Positions 27,876 to 41,534 of a DNA stretch of 64,000 nt are shown in pieces (position 1 is the first letter of the stretch; every line of letters begins with the position of its first letter). Source of the stretch: Phoronis australis (Eukaryota > Animalia > Phoronida); NCBI GenBank assembly GCA_002633005.1, contig NMRA01000002.1:2464528-2528527 (forward strand). Direction: 5' to 3'. The position numbers and the translations under genes are program-made. The notes under the pieces are model-generated. The model had not been told where the DNA came from and did no database searches. It was given only the letters and a program-made list of their open reading frames with translations.

Positions 27876-30800
27876 TCAATGTGGACTCATCTCCCTCTTT
27901 TGGCGATATTTCTTCACCAGCGGTACAACTAGTAAAAAACAGCTGCTGCCAGCTGTAATGGCTCCAGCGACAACGAAAGGCATAACGTATGAGCCTGTTG
28001 TGTCATATAACCAACCTGAAGACAATGAAGGCACAAAGTTAGAATTATAAAGCCGTGTCCTGATTCGGGTTAAAGTGTGACATATTGCTGTGCTCGACAT
28101 ATCATAGCCTGAACGACATTTATACCGTGTGCGACAATCATGTCAGCAACGACAGATATTGTATATGTCCCCAAGGCGAAATGATATGTGTCGACTGTCA
28201 CAACATACATGTATGCCACAACAAGGAGCGTGCAATTATACTCCCCTTGTTTTCTAGCATGGCACAACTTCACTCACGCTGGACTTGATGACTGGCCGGG
28301 GATTCACGCTGTATTTTGAGAGTGAACTGAGTGAAAAGAAACATTAATAGTTTACGGGGGGGGGTATTGCATGCCATATGTATAAACACAACACAGAAGC
28401 CGCTAGGTCCCGAAAAGAACGATCGTGTCCCCGCCAAAAATGAACATTTTAAACCTTTGTTCTAAGTAAAATGAATGCCGCAAAAAGTCTACGTGTGTCA
28501 TTTGTCTACAATGTGATTGAAAAATGTAATCGAAATTCACTTCAAAATTCTCGCGTGGTTTTATCCTCTTACAAAAGTATGAAACATGGACGAACGATAC
28601 GTCCACAGTAGCCAAATTACCCATTAAAGCTGATAGACGTTTGTAACACAAAGATAGAAAATACGTCATGTCTTGGATAAATTTAATGTGTCTGCGATCA
28701 TTTTTGTTGTTGTTTTAGAATTCTGCTTCCGTTTAAACAGGAAATAATCCATTAAGAGGACTGTTTCAGGTCATTTTCAATGGATTAATCACACAGGTAC
28801 TGCAATACGACTCGAACTCAGCTAATCTTTATGCAAGGAACCTGCCAGACGACCTCAACATCATGTTTTTGAAACTGACTATATGTACAGTTTTTAAGTA
28901 TTGGCACATTTCTGTCAATAGAGACTTTTGTTTTCTGACAAGCGAATTTTCATGAAAAGTGTTCTCCTACGCTGAGATAAAACATCCCATGATATATTTC
29001 AAATTGTCCGGAATTCTTAATGAATATGTTATATGGAATACACTTGTGAATTAGTATGTCGATCCATGATCTCAATTTCGTGGAAATAGGGTGCGGAAAA
29101 TATGACACAATTACTTTTCGAGGGAGTTCTTCAGCAAAAATCAGCCACACGGAACAGTTGACATTAACTGTTTCGACATGTGCATGATTGTACTTACCCG
29201 TAAACGGTGTACCCAATAATGACACAATGCCACTAACGAAGAAACTGATGACGAAGACTTCCACCAGGACGTCCATAGAGAACAGATCGAGCATTAGTTG
29301 TGTTGTCACAGCAAAACGAGCTGTAAAAAAAAAACGGCTGTAGGTCGGATAGGTCGGGCGGCTAAGTTAATGGTAATCAAGCAAGCAATGATTCAAATAT
29401 TATATTTTGATCTATCCTTTAAACCATTTGGAAAGTATTTGCAACTTGACCGGCGTATTGCGTCTACACTCTGCTTCACTTTTGGTGTGGCAAATCGATA
29501 TTACAAAGATGTCAATAATACGATTCGTCAGACTCAGACAGATCCACTGGCGCAGATGCAATTACAGTCAAAGTACACCAATTCATCGTTATCCTACATG
29601 TAGCGTATGGTGGGCGGATACAGGGGAGCATGCAGAGGGCGCGGATCCCTCTGTTTTTACCTCAAGTGGCGATTTATACCGTTTCATACAGCACTATCTA
29701 TAGACCGCTGAGCTTAGAGATCATGTCACTAAATTTCATTATTGGTTTTCTTCTCATTGTTTGTGATAGAACTCCCTTCAGAAGTCTATGGCTTTACTTG
29801 GAGCTCTTCTTTTGTGAAACGCTAGAGCAGCCTTTGGGTATGTTAACCGCAACCTTGTGTTGACGCGCCAAATTGTTATCATATCGGTGCGTTGGTGATG
29901 TAAACTGTGCGGTGGTGCATTTTGTCATGGAACGTGGAAAATCTGTATTATGTTGAATAATCGAGTTTATACGATACTACTTGAAATTTTCCCTTGTCTA
30001 GTGGGAAAATGGGTTGAAAATACACATTATGGTTAGTATCAATGTAAATCAACGAAAAACTAACAATGTCATATTTGTTTTGCTTCAAACAGAAACAAAA
30101 AGTGTGTTTAAAAAACCAGTTCAACATTTACACACATGACACGACCGAACGTGATTGATTTGTGTTTACCGAACTATTTTTGAGCGCCAGAACTCAGGAA
30201 ATGTCGTGGTTTTCCACAACACTATGTTTCGTCGTTCTAGATGATCCGACCCGTGGACGAGACGTTCACGCCACCTATTGACCTTGACCAAAACACGTGA
30301 AAGCATGTCCGAAATTGCCTTGTAACCATGACCACACCCAGCTTAAACAGTGGGGACACGAACTTTTGAGAATGTGTACCTTTTACTAAGTTTCACGAGG
30401 TACGTTCAGAGCTACGAATTGAGCATTCGCCGAATTCTGCTAGTTCCTGCGCTTTTTAGTGGACCCTCCACAAAAGTACTTTTTTCGGAGTTTTTGTTTC
30501 TCTGAGCTGGATTTTTTGGCCCACTTCAACAAATGTGAGGGCTTGTTTGAGCCCCGAGTCCCCTCTGGGTGCGCGCATGGTGACAGCGCTAGACCAGATT
30601 TCGAAAAGAACAGATCACCACCAATTATGCTTTTTGCCTCTCTCTTGTAATGAAAAAAGATTTACATGTGACTTCGAGTTTAATTGTGTTAAAAAAAAAA
30701 CGGTGTCAACTTTTAGTTGGCATTGACAGAATCTCAGACAAACAATTAGTGCATGTTGGTAATCAAAATTTCTTGTAACAGTCTACCTGAAACTGCACTG

Positions 30801-33800
30801 GTAATTTGAACTGATAAACTGATAGACCATGGGCGTATTTAGGACGGACAGCCCCCCCCCCCCTCCCCTTGGCTGTCGCAAGCAACCAACAGCAACAGCG
30901 TGAAGCGTGAGTAACTATAGAGTTCAGTAACTAGGACCGGTAGGGGATGAGGGGGGTCTCAGATCTCAGAGGAATCGTGTTCCCTATCTTTTTTTTTTAG
31001 TCTACATCCCAACCCCGCAACTTTCGGGCCCCTGTGCACATATACATGTACATCATACAATCGCGGTTTGTCCAATCAACATGTTGGGCCCCCCGTTATG
31101 GTATCCTAGATCCGCCAGTGTAGACATTATTAATTTGAATGACAAATATGAATGCGTATGAAACTAAGCTTCAACTTGATAAGACAAATTTTCAAAGAAT
31201 ATGAAAACAAACAATATTCCACTCACCCATTGAGACTCCATACAACACAGCACAAACGACTAACGCTCCATAGGACTTGCAGTAGCCAATAACAGCCATT
31301 GATAATCCACCAATCACAATACAGCCAACATAAATGTATAGCCTGAAGGGAGCAGCTTGCTTCAGATCCGCCAGCGCTCCCAGCAACAGCCTGAAGATTG
31401 TGCTAACGATGCCGATGGTTGATATTAAGAGCGATGCATCCTGCGGATCAATCCCAATGCTTTTGGCGTAGTCCGGAAGAAAAACAAATGGAACCGAATA
31501 TCCCAAGCCGTACAGACCGTGTAAGAGATAGATATGGAATATTGGGTCTCTCAAAAGTCGTTTGTAGCGGGAGTAATTTGATTGAATCGCTTCTTTTGAC
31601 AGGTGGTTTCTATCGTCTTCTCGTCCTTTGACATCCTCGTGTCGAAACACCAATGAAAGGTTGGACGAAAACGTTACTACAATATTTGAGGCATTGGACT
31701 TGCTGTGTAGCTCTGTAGTTAGAGATCTTTCCTCGAGTGTAACATCTTCCTCCGAGCACTTATCTGCCACATTAATTTTTTCATGGCTAGACAAAACCTA
31801 AAATGAGGCAGAAAGAAACGTTTCCAGATATGGTTTGAATAAAAACTCCTTTGGAAACCTGAGTCTCACTACCTCACATCAATTGCATCCAAGATATAAA
31901 ACATTTTTGAAAAGCTCTACAAATCTACGCAAATAAAATTTTAAACGCCGTAGCTTGCCAAGGGCACTGCACCTCACCCGCAAGCACCACCAAAACCCTT
32001 TTCCTGCATTGACCGACAAACCAGGGAATGACGACGTTGCTGCAATAACATTGATTTGAATTGAGTAAAGAAAGAAAATTCCGTATCAACTCCGGTACAT
32101 TTTTCGAAAAAGTGGCAACTAAAAAGCTATTGCAGCATCAATCTTAAAAAAAAAAACAACCATTTCAATCAACTATGCGTATTGACCCGACATCACTAAT
32201 CAAAAGATTATGCGTTAAAGTCGCAGTTAGATAAGCGCTCAAGGGGTAATGGTCATCTAGGAGATACTGAAATGGATTTTAATTGGCCGACTTGCCCATG
32301 CCAAATGACGTCGTATGGAGGTCGCAAGCTATTGTTTAACTTGCGAGTGAATGCGACGGGCGCGAGCGCGTCGCATGGTTATCGCCTCTGGGACGCTACA
32401 ATTGTTTAACTTTGTTGTGTCTTTGTTGGATACAACATTACAGGTCGCACAGATATCGTACTTTGAGCACTCATCATTCACATACATACACAAAACGTAC
32501 CGAGAGTGGCGTACATGAAGTAATATCCCACGAGACATTATTCCGCGTATCGACCGAGACCGAAGGAATAAGGTCGAGTGGGATATTACTTCCTGTACGC
32601 CAATCGAGGTACGTTCTGTATTTATCCCATGCGCTTTGAATCCCTAAGTTTCTAACATTTTTTCGGCAGATTTTTCAAATACTTCACCAACTAAGACTGT
32701 TCACATGGCGGATTACATCCTGTATGTATGTACTTGCGCGTTAGGTTGCAAGTTTTCTCTTGTAAAAGTAACGATTTATTTCTTGAAAAGATGTAGCAAA
32801 GATGAAAACAAAGGCAACTGTGCAGTGAACTTGTAACATCTCCTGGCAATAGTTAAAAAACAACAATATTTGATATTTTAATTTTCTAGGAATCGGCGCC
32901 TGAGTTGCAGACGATGTAGTATTCAGCAATTGAAAACTGAGACATGAGTGTTTTATAATTAACAGTTTTGTTCCAGATTTTACGTTTAGGACCTGGTTGC
33001 ATGTCGAGTGTTAGTAACACCGCTGCAACTGTATTACTTTAAACTATATTCGCAAAGTTTGATGATCGAACCGGCTAAGGACGTCGAGTCGACATTGACC
33101 TACCTTTTGAACTTTCCATGTCAGAGGTTGCTGTTGAAGTAGTGCGGGAGGTGAATACGGAAAACTTTATTACATGGCCGTATTTCCCTCAACAGATTCA
33201 ACGCGTATGGGATAAAGATAAATGCTTACCATTATCTTTATTATAAGAAAGAAAAACAAAGTGAATACGCCTATCTACCGATATCTATGCTACGAGCTTG
33301 CGAACTACTTTCCCGCCGAAGCAAATGCTTCATTTGCAAATGTTCTGCTATACTACACAATGACGATGAAAAACGTGTGAACTATTACTGAGCTTTGCAG
33401 GTGTTGCCTATACCAAGGTTCCATAAAACTGAAGAAAAATTGTAGCTCAACACTTTCAAACATATCTGAATCTAAATAAACAAACAAACAGAAATCCATC
33501 AAAAGAGATGGACATAGTAAGAAGACTTTGCAAATGTAAACATGATGCAGTGCGATGTGTGATATCAAAAACGTACAAAATATGAAGCAGCAATAAACCG
33601 GCGCGTTCCGCTTGGCGACTAAAGCGACACGCCGTGACAACTTGTAGAGGCTGCTGTCACTTCTTTTCAAGCTCAGAAATCCTATCTATTTAGACTAAGG
33701 ACAAGTTTGAGACCAGTGGCCTAAATCAAAAATAAAGTTAAGTAGGACCAACGACTTGTCAGTGCCAGCCAAATATCTTAAAAAACTATAGATTTTAACG

Positions 33801-36800
33801 TTTCTGAGAATAGGGCATACAGCAAAGTATCTGAAAGATTCATATGAATTTGATAAGTCATTTCTGAGATATGATGTTCCGACGTTTGCCAAATTTGGCC
33901 ATTTTTTGAGAGTCTTGCATAACCTTAATTTGGTCTTTGCGACTGAAGGCGAGTTTATAACTGCTTCAGTACCCAGAAATTTCACTCTTTTTCGTTTAAA
34001 TCTCGTCAACTCCCAAAAAGATAATCTGTCACAAAACGTCGTCGATGATTTTCGGGATAACACTGCTGATCGAGACGAGGAATTGGTGTCCAAAACGGTT
34101 GGGAATATTTAGCTAACTACACTGTAGATGTAGGCCACCGAGAGCTCTCAACAGGGCAGCATTCATTTCATTTGAAAGAAGATGACACATCCGGGGTCTA
34201 CCTTTTGTTGTGGAAGTGGTGCAAATGTGGCTCCACAGGCTATTCCATTAGCGATGATTCCTCCGACGATGAGAAGTGCTCCTCTCCAGCCGTACATAGC
34301 TAAGAGAAACTGAGTAACAGGGGGCATGACAATCATGCCGACACCAGCGCCACTCGCAGCCAAACCAGTAGCAAAAGACCTTCGCTTATCGAAGTACCAT
34401 CCAACACAAATAACGCTTGGAAAGAACATCATGGAGAATCCCAGCCCTGAAAGTAATTCATCTTCAAAAGGTGCAGGTGTGCATTATACTATACAGTGTA
34501 GGCTAAACCAACTATTGTGTTCTAGCCTGGACTGCAATGCCTTGGCATTGCCTGCAAACGCCAAACCCGAGTCACGTTTGACTTGGACAGCTGGACTCGC
34601 TACTGCCAAATTTTATTCGTAACTTGATCAACGCACGCATCGCAAAATTTTTAAACTGATGTATACTTGAAGCGTTCCACGAGGTTCATTAATTTTCGAG
34701 TCGAGTAAAAAATTTATTGCTACGACCGTTCCCAAAGCGAGAGTCGAGACTGAACAGCATCTCTTCTGCTTACTAACTTGGCGAAGGTGCACATGATAGA
34801 CACATAAACACCCCAGTTGACAAAGTTGAATGGTATTGAACACGGTCTACATATTTTCAATTTCTATCCCCATTGTAGTAACGTTAGCTCTGAAATTTAT
34901 ATGTTTATTTATACGACCTCTCTGCTGTTTATATCAGTACTAATTAGTCGCGTCGCTTCATTTTGAGATTTCTGCAGCCATCTTCAGGTATTACAACAAG
35001 CGTAGAAGAATGAGAACGGGCAGACATATTGTGATACACTCAATACAGAACTGCCGGCCATTCCAGCTCACTGACTATTAAGGTTGATCATGCAGGTATG
35101 ACCTCTTCCAATGAAAAGTAATAAATAAGTTCGAAAAGAAGTACCGCGTGCGGGTACCACATACCCGTGTTTGTTTTCCTACTACAACGTTGTAATTAAC
35201 TCCTGAGGGTAGAGAACAAGCCGAACGAACTTAAAATTCGTGAAAATTAGTAGTAAGCCTTCAGACCGGCAGGTAGAGCAGTTAGCAAAAATGAACGAAG
35301 CACTGACCAACATTTAACTCCAAGACTACTCCAAGTGCACCCCAGAATGTACAGAAATGAATATCTGCCGGTGTCTGCAACCCGGGTGTGGCTCCTGAAG
35401 ACTTTCCAAGGGGTCTAGTAAACGTTGAGCTGGATTAGATATTCGATGTACCAGACATATCTGACTTACAAATGAATAACAATGCAGCACTGAACACTGA
35501 ATGCCCCATGGCAGCTGTTGAAAATTCGAGCTACAGTAGATTACATGTACATATATCTGTGACTGAGGTAACGGCCCAAACTACCATTGTGATATTTTAA
35601 TGTCTGACTCCTGGACGATAGTGTATCAGACTAGATATGCGCGTAGTCTATTGCAACTAATTCCGGATACAGCACACCTTCACCTGAAGTTGCAGAGACC
35701 TAAACATGCCACGTACACGGTACAACAATATATTTTTACTGGTAATCTCTTTTGTCGAAATCATCTCAGATTCGCGTCAATTAACTGAACATTCCCTTCG
35801 CCATTTGTATCTTAATGGCTTAGATCTACGAGATCATGTCGTAAATATGTAATGCGTTTTGCCATTTGAGCAATCAGTATTTTGACTCGTTTTCTCCAGT
35901 GCTGTGATTTAGTGCGTTTTTTCACAAAAATTGTTACGGTTTTAGAAATGATTGGCGTCACAAGAATGAAAGTTGTGTGACGAATACCGAATTTGAAAGT
36001 GGTGCAAAATAAGGTTGACTGGCCACTTTGCGAACTTCGCCCTCTGTGGGAAACACATCATGGAGCCCACATAACAAGGTAACTTCGGCAACACATGATA
36101 CTGAGTACTTGATTTCAACAGCTTTCAATAGCGAAGGACTAGCTAACGCATTCCTGATTAAATTCCAATTGTTCGTATACGATTATCGTGTACGACTAAT
36201 CGGAGTGTTTAGACAATTAAAGAGACATGGAGTACGAAAACTCGTAAGCAAATGCCTGTTAATCAGATCGTGACGAATCAACTTCTGGGGATGCTAAAGT
36301 GAGAGTTATTAACTTTGAATATTGCAAGAGGTTCTACAAAATATGGTCACATGCACTAGCTTTTAAAGACAGAATAAATATAAACTACTTCCATGCCAAT
36401 ACTGTTTTCAAATCCTCCACCCCTTTTTATTTATTTGCGCGCACGCGATAAACGAAGTCGGACTGGCTGCATATTGAAATCGACATTATTTAGTTTCAAT
36501 ATAAGGGAAGTGTGCCACGTCTAAGTCTTGCCATACCAAATAAGAAGCCTTGCTTTGAAGTGTGGAAAAATCGATAAAGTGGCGAGCAGTTGTCAGTTCC
36601 TTTTTTGTAAAATTGAAACTGAAGGGAAATGCTTTGACATTAACAGGAATTCAAAATCTGTAAGGAACCGTGAAAATAGTTGGTGAACAATTTGACTTCT
36701 GTTTCAACCGCAGCGAACCACTTTGAAAAATGCAATTTGGTCTGCTTTTCACGCTCTACATGTATGCCACTTTAAGTGTTCCAACCCTGTCTACTAATTT

Positions 36801-38800
36801 TTTAGTTAGAATTCGTATCTGTCTTACACCACAACATGAGTGCGTCGACAGTGTTGAAAAATTTGTTGTATTAGTCGAATAGGAAACACATCAGAGCGCA
36901 AGCGTTTACAAGACTGAGACTAACTCACCTGACAAAGCCCCAAAAGTGACGTACAGAACGTAGATATTTGAGACAAACGTGCTGGAAGCCATGCCAAGAG
37001 CCGCTAGTGAAGCGCCTATCATGCAGGTAAGACGACAACCCCATCTCCGTATCATTAAGCCTATTATTGGTGCTAAAACAAGTTTACAGAAATTGAAAAT
37101 AAACATGGATGTGATTCTATAGCACAAAAACAAAACAAAGCCAATGCATAATGTGTGCACTGCAAACGGTGTAGGCTAAGGGTGCTAATAAAATTATTTG
37201 TTCAAATATTTCCAAAGGGGGTCCATTCGAAAATCAGTCAGTTCAGTTCTCCTCACTAGGAAAACGTATGCCATATTCCATGAGGAGTTGACATTTTTGG
37301 GCTACATATTTCATTCGATCTTGATGCTGGGTACTTGATAATACGTGTACCTCTGTTGGCTCCTTTCACTGTGGTTGGAATTGGTCAATGTACATGCCCC
37401 ATGTAGCGACCAGTGCAGGTCTTCTTATAGTAGACTGGTGTTTATAGTCACCAACACATTTAGGGAATAGCGGGTTAATGTTAACTTCCACGTCCATACT
37501 GAATCCATTTTATGCTTAGTGGAGGCGCTATGCTGTTTTGATGATTAAATAACCCCTAGATCATCAGCCAGGCCGTGGCTGTAACATGTGAACGTGTCAT
37601 TCACATACTATTCCCACCTTTAGGGGGGTGCTTCTTAAATGATTAAGGAATAAAGTGAGACCAACTTCATAGTGGTAAATGATCAAAATCTGAAAGTTCA
37701 AACTTTCCACGGAAAACGCGTTTATTATCGCCACCCCGTAAAGATACAACTGTTCACCCCATGCTCTGGTTCGAGTTCTCGTTAAGAAACGGATCCGCGA
37801 GATTTTGCGACACAGAGCAAAGCTGCTCCCATGTGATAATTAATGCTCCATTGCACCGGCCTAAGTAATACCACTGAAGGTTTGTTTGACTGCAGTTGCA
37901 ATGGCTTTTTCTTTTTCTTCAGTTGTTGTTAACGACTTTTGTCGATCAAACGATAGAAAAGTTCAACTTTCAATGACGGATTTCGTTTTTAGTACGTAGT
38001 GAATAAGGTGGGCGGGAAAGAATGTTGCCACGGAAAGACTAGCTACTACGGTAGTATTTCAATCTGTAATCCATCTCTGTTCCATAAACCTCAAAAGAAG
38101 ACGGACATGAAAGTCCAGGCGCTGTGGTAAGTGAACAGTACCTACACAGTAATTCCAACCTGTAAGAAGCATTCGTAGTCATCGGTTGCGATATGAGATG
38201 CAGTGCCTAAAGCGAAGTAAAACGCTGGTTACACAGGGGTAAAGTTATATGTTCTAGTGCGGTGGTTAATCTACTCCAACGGCAAGGAGTAAGGAAGAAA
38301 ATTTTTGTTCATCGGGAGTAGGGAGTATTTTGATGATCTGGGGCAGCTCAAATTACTTGGGCCCTTAGAATTTATAAAACTTAGGGGTCCCTAGGAAACT
38401 GATTCCCGCATTTTACCTGTGTAAACAGTGTTACTGCCGGGCGATCATTAGTTTTTCACTCTTGGTCTTGTAGTAAGCATGTTTAGAGTAGCAATTAAGC
38501 TCTCCTGTCATCCGTTTGATTGACACGTGTACTAGGCTACAGGGCTAGCAGTATGTCTAAAACATATCTGTTTGTTAGCCTGAAATACCAACCTGATAAT
38601 AACCAACATCCGCTGTTTATAGACGCCACCCATGACGTTACATTCCGACTGGTTTGGAAATAGTCTAGGAAGACGGTATAAAACACACCGGATGAATAGT
38701 TAACGCCGTCAAACAACACGTGGTTTGCAAAGGACGCAAAAACAACCAACCATCCCCGACCACCGTCGGGTACGTTGTACGTGACACGAACATCGTTCAT
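27876..38800 (-). CDS. SLC16/monocarboxylate transporter family MFS protein, paralog B (476 aa with proximal exon 1); exons 38593-38800, 36929-37072, 34202-34446, 31227-31797, 29198-29320, 27876-28015
   Basis: GT-AG junctions with the same phases as gene A; exons 2 and 5 have identical lengths (144, 123 nt). Motifs RRWGCR, WYFDKRRSFATGLA, YGWRGA, FLPDYA, GWLYDTTGSY; 1431 nt. Confidence 0.92.
30327..30579. mobile_element. CATGCGCG-family MITE copy
   Basis: CATGACCACACCCAG...CTGGGTGCGCGCATG; flanks GTAAC / GTGAC. Confidence 0.75.
30828..31120. mobile_element. CATGGGCG...CGCCAGTG MITE with 5-bp TSD TAGAC
   Basis: TAGAC at 30823-30827 and 31121-31125; imperfect TIRs. Confidence 0.65.
32495..33216. 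mobile_element. Inverted partial copy of the foldback element at 2024-2845 (intron 3 of gene B)
   Basis: 33060-33216 is the reverse complement of ~2024-2180, and 32610-32760 of ~2510-2645. Confidence 0.75.
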
Positions 38801-40171
38801 ACTTTGAAAGTATTTGTCAAATCCGGAGTAGGCGTCAAAGTGGACACCTTATTTGTGAATCTGTCAAACACTGAAAGTATTACAAGTTTGCAACCACGAC
38901 ACAGCTTGCTTAATGCGTGCTTCTGCATTTATATTTTGCCGTGAGGAGCCAAGGCCAATTCAAGGTCACGCGCCGGTATGCGGCAACTAGGGTTTTCACG
39001 ATAGACTGAGAAACTAAATTCAAGTTTAGATGAATAAAAAATTTATCGCTAGAAACCGAGGACATGTTTAAAGGCCAATCTCTCAAATTAAAACGCAAAA
39101 ATATTTGCGGTCATGTCGAAATGAAGTCAAGATTGAACCAGCTAATACCGGGGGAGGGTGGTGGCATATCCATACTCATAGAGCATTCAAAAACTGATTG
39201 AACATTTCATCCCGAGGGGTCGGGGTACCTTTTCCGACTTCAATTCTTACAAACGATAGCCTCCCGTTCGGTTTCAATTTCAGACGGGCAACGGTTTCCA
39301 AAATCCAAGTATCAATCCAGTACATCTGATAAAGACAAATGCGTCCCGATTCAAGTTTGATTTTTCAGTAACGTTTTAATCACTCTGTGTCAATATCGAC
39401 TCATGCTCTGCCAGCCACACCAGGCCTAGACGTGTTGCGTTAACCTACGTGTACATGTATCACGGCGAATACGCAAACGGATATTGCGATAATATGGTGT
39501 GGTACCAAGTGTCAGAGCCGCCTGGACACTTTGTGGTCAGTCCTGTACTGGGATTTTTGTGCTATGGCTGCAAGTGTGTTCAGAATTCCATGAATACATT
39601 ACAACGTCTTTCCGACTTCTAAGATACAATATCGAGGTGACCGTACGAGTGCCAGCCTGTGTCAATCATATGTTTATTCAGTGCATGGTGGATGAAGGCC
39701 GGAAACTATTGAAACAAGGATTCGATTGTATGCTACAGCATGAGGCTTCAGCATAGTCACGGCATAAAGCGCTTCGACCGTTTTTGAAAAACGCTTCCTC
39801 AAGCCGTTGTGAAACGGAAACTCTAGTGGTCGCATCTGGATATGTTGCCGGGGGTAAGACAGTCGCTCAGCTAGTATAAGACTTTTAGCGTAAAAACGGC
39901 CAATCCACTCGGAAAAAGTGATCAACGCACAATTATTTCCTTAGTTAGTTTCGGGTGCAATATTAGTTTATTGAAGGGGTATTGCTCAACTTCAAGAACT
40001 TTTGGCGCGAACAGCGCCGATAATACGCTCAACGTTCATGGTGATCACCTATTTTGAACTTGGGAACTTTTCTGATGCAGATATGCTTAGTTTTTTAATG
40101 ATTAATTTTTCAGGGAGTTTTCAGTTTGGTTCATGAAGCATTTTTAAAAGCAATAGGTGTTTGTAATCAGT

Positions 40172-40553
40172 GACTACCACCACTACTACTACCACTACCA
40201 CTTGCACTACCACTACCACTACCACTTGCACTATCACTACCACTATATACCATTAGCACTACCACATGCACTACCACTATCACTTGCACTACCACTATCA
40301 CTTGCACTACCACTACCACTACCACTATCACTACCACCACCACTACCACTTAATTGCACTACCACTACCACTTGCACTACCACTTGCACTACCACTACCA
40401 CTTGCACTACCACTACTATTTGCACTATGCACTACCACCACCACCACTTGCTCTATCACTACCACCACCACCACTACCCACTACCACTACCACTACTATT
40501 TGCACTGCCACTACTACTGCAACTACCACTGCCACTTGCACTACCACTACCAC
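40172..40553. repeat. Compound (CACTAC/CAC/CTTG) microsatellite
   Basis: Direct reading; it accounts for the low-complexity His/Tyr, Thr and Val ORFs in the track. Confidence 0.9.
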
Positions 40554-41088
40554 ATAGTACTATTCTTTGTATTGCGAAGCACCGAGTTGTTTTAGGGTCA
40601 AACTACAGTATGTCTTTAACTATTATCGCGCACTTCAAACTAGTTGAAAGAGTTGAAAGTCCGGGGTGTTATCACTTTTTGATAAGGATTTTATCTCGTT
40701 CTCGCCAATACAGGTATACATGTATACTAAACTCCCATAACAATCTTTAGGGACCGCAAGCGTCGAGAAACTCTAGTGAAGGAGTAAATTTACTGCCGTA
40801 GTTGATTTACTCGAAGGTCCAGAGGAGCGGTGAGGGAAAATGTGCGACCGGGAGTGGTGGAAACTTGAGGTGATCTCATTAATTTAGACCCTAGAATTTG
40901 TACGAAAGCTTAGGAGGTACTCCGGCACCAGTATCACTGCACTCACGACGAGAAAATTCACTGTTCGTTTCCGACTTGCAGCAAGCATGTTTAGATAAGC
41001 AATTTTAAACTACTGCTGTTGACTTGATTGACAAGTTTTCTACAATGTTAGTAGATACAGATCTGTTTGTAAGCCTAAAAATACCAAC

Positions 41089-41293
41089 CTGAGAATAACC
41101 AGCATCCGTTGGTTAGAGACCCCACCCATGATGTCACACTCCGACTGGTCTGGAAATAGTCTAAGAAGACGACATAAAACACACCAGATGAATAATTAAC
41201 GCCGTCAAACACCACGTGGTTCACGAAGGAAGCAACAACAACCAACCATCCCCAACCACCGTCGGGCGCGATATACTCGACATTGTTATTCAT
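41089..41293 (-). CDS. Second (distal) copy of the first coding exon of SLC16 paralog B (TM1-TM2); alternative exon or orphan duplicate
   Basis: MNNNVEYIAPDGGWGWLVVVASFVNHVVFDGVNYSSGVFYVVFLDYFQTSRSVTSWVGSLTNGCWLFS; phase-1 donor G|GTTGGT identical to the proximal copy; upstream acceptor TACTTTCAG with its AG at 41362-41363. No exon-2 homolog seen between the copies. Confidence 0.8.
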
Positions 41294-41534
41294 ATCGCGA
41301 AATTACTCCTCAAACGCGCAGCAAACAAATGTGGGCACCCCAGTTGTGAAGCTGGCAAACACTGAAAGTATCGCACGTTTGTCACCACGACGAGATCGAT
41401 TACATAATCTCACTGCGGGGATTGCCGCGAATGCGCAAATCAGTCGTGTACAATGTGCAGTATAAAATACGACCGAAAGTTACAATTGATAAATATTCGT
41501 GAAAAAAAATTAAGACGGGAGTTCTCATTAGGTA

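Noticed and set aside
33695-34093. 132-aa minus-strand ORF in gene B intron 3
   Set aside because: Overlaps repeat-like sequence, has no motifs and does not fit the exon phases.
40157-40750. His/Tyr-, Thr- and Val-rich ORFs
   Set aside because: Translation artefacts of the CACTAC microsatellite.
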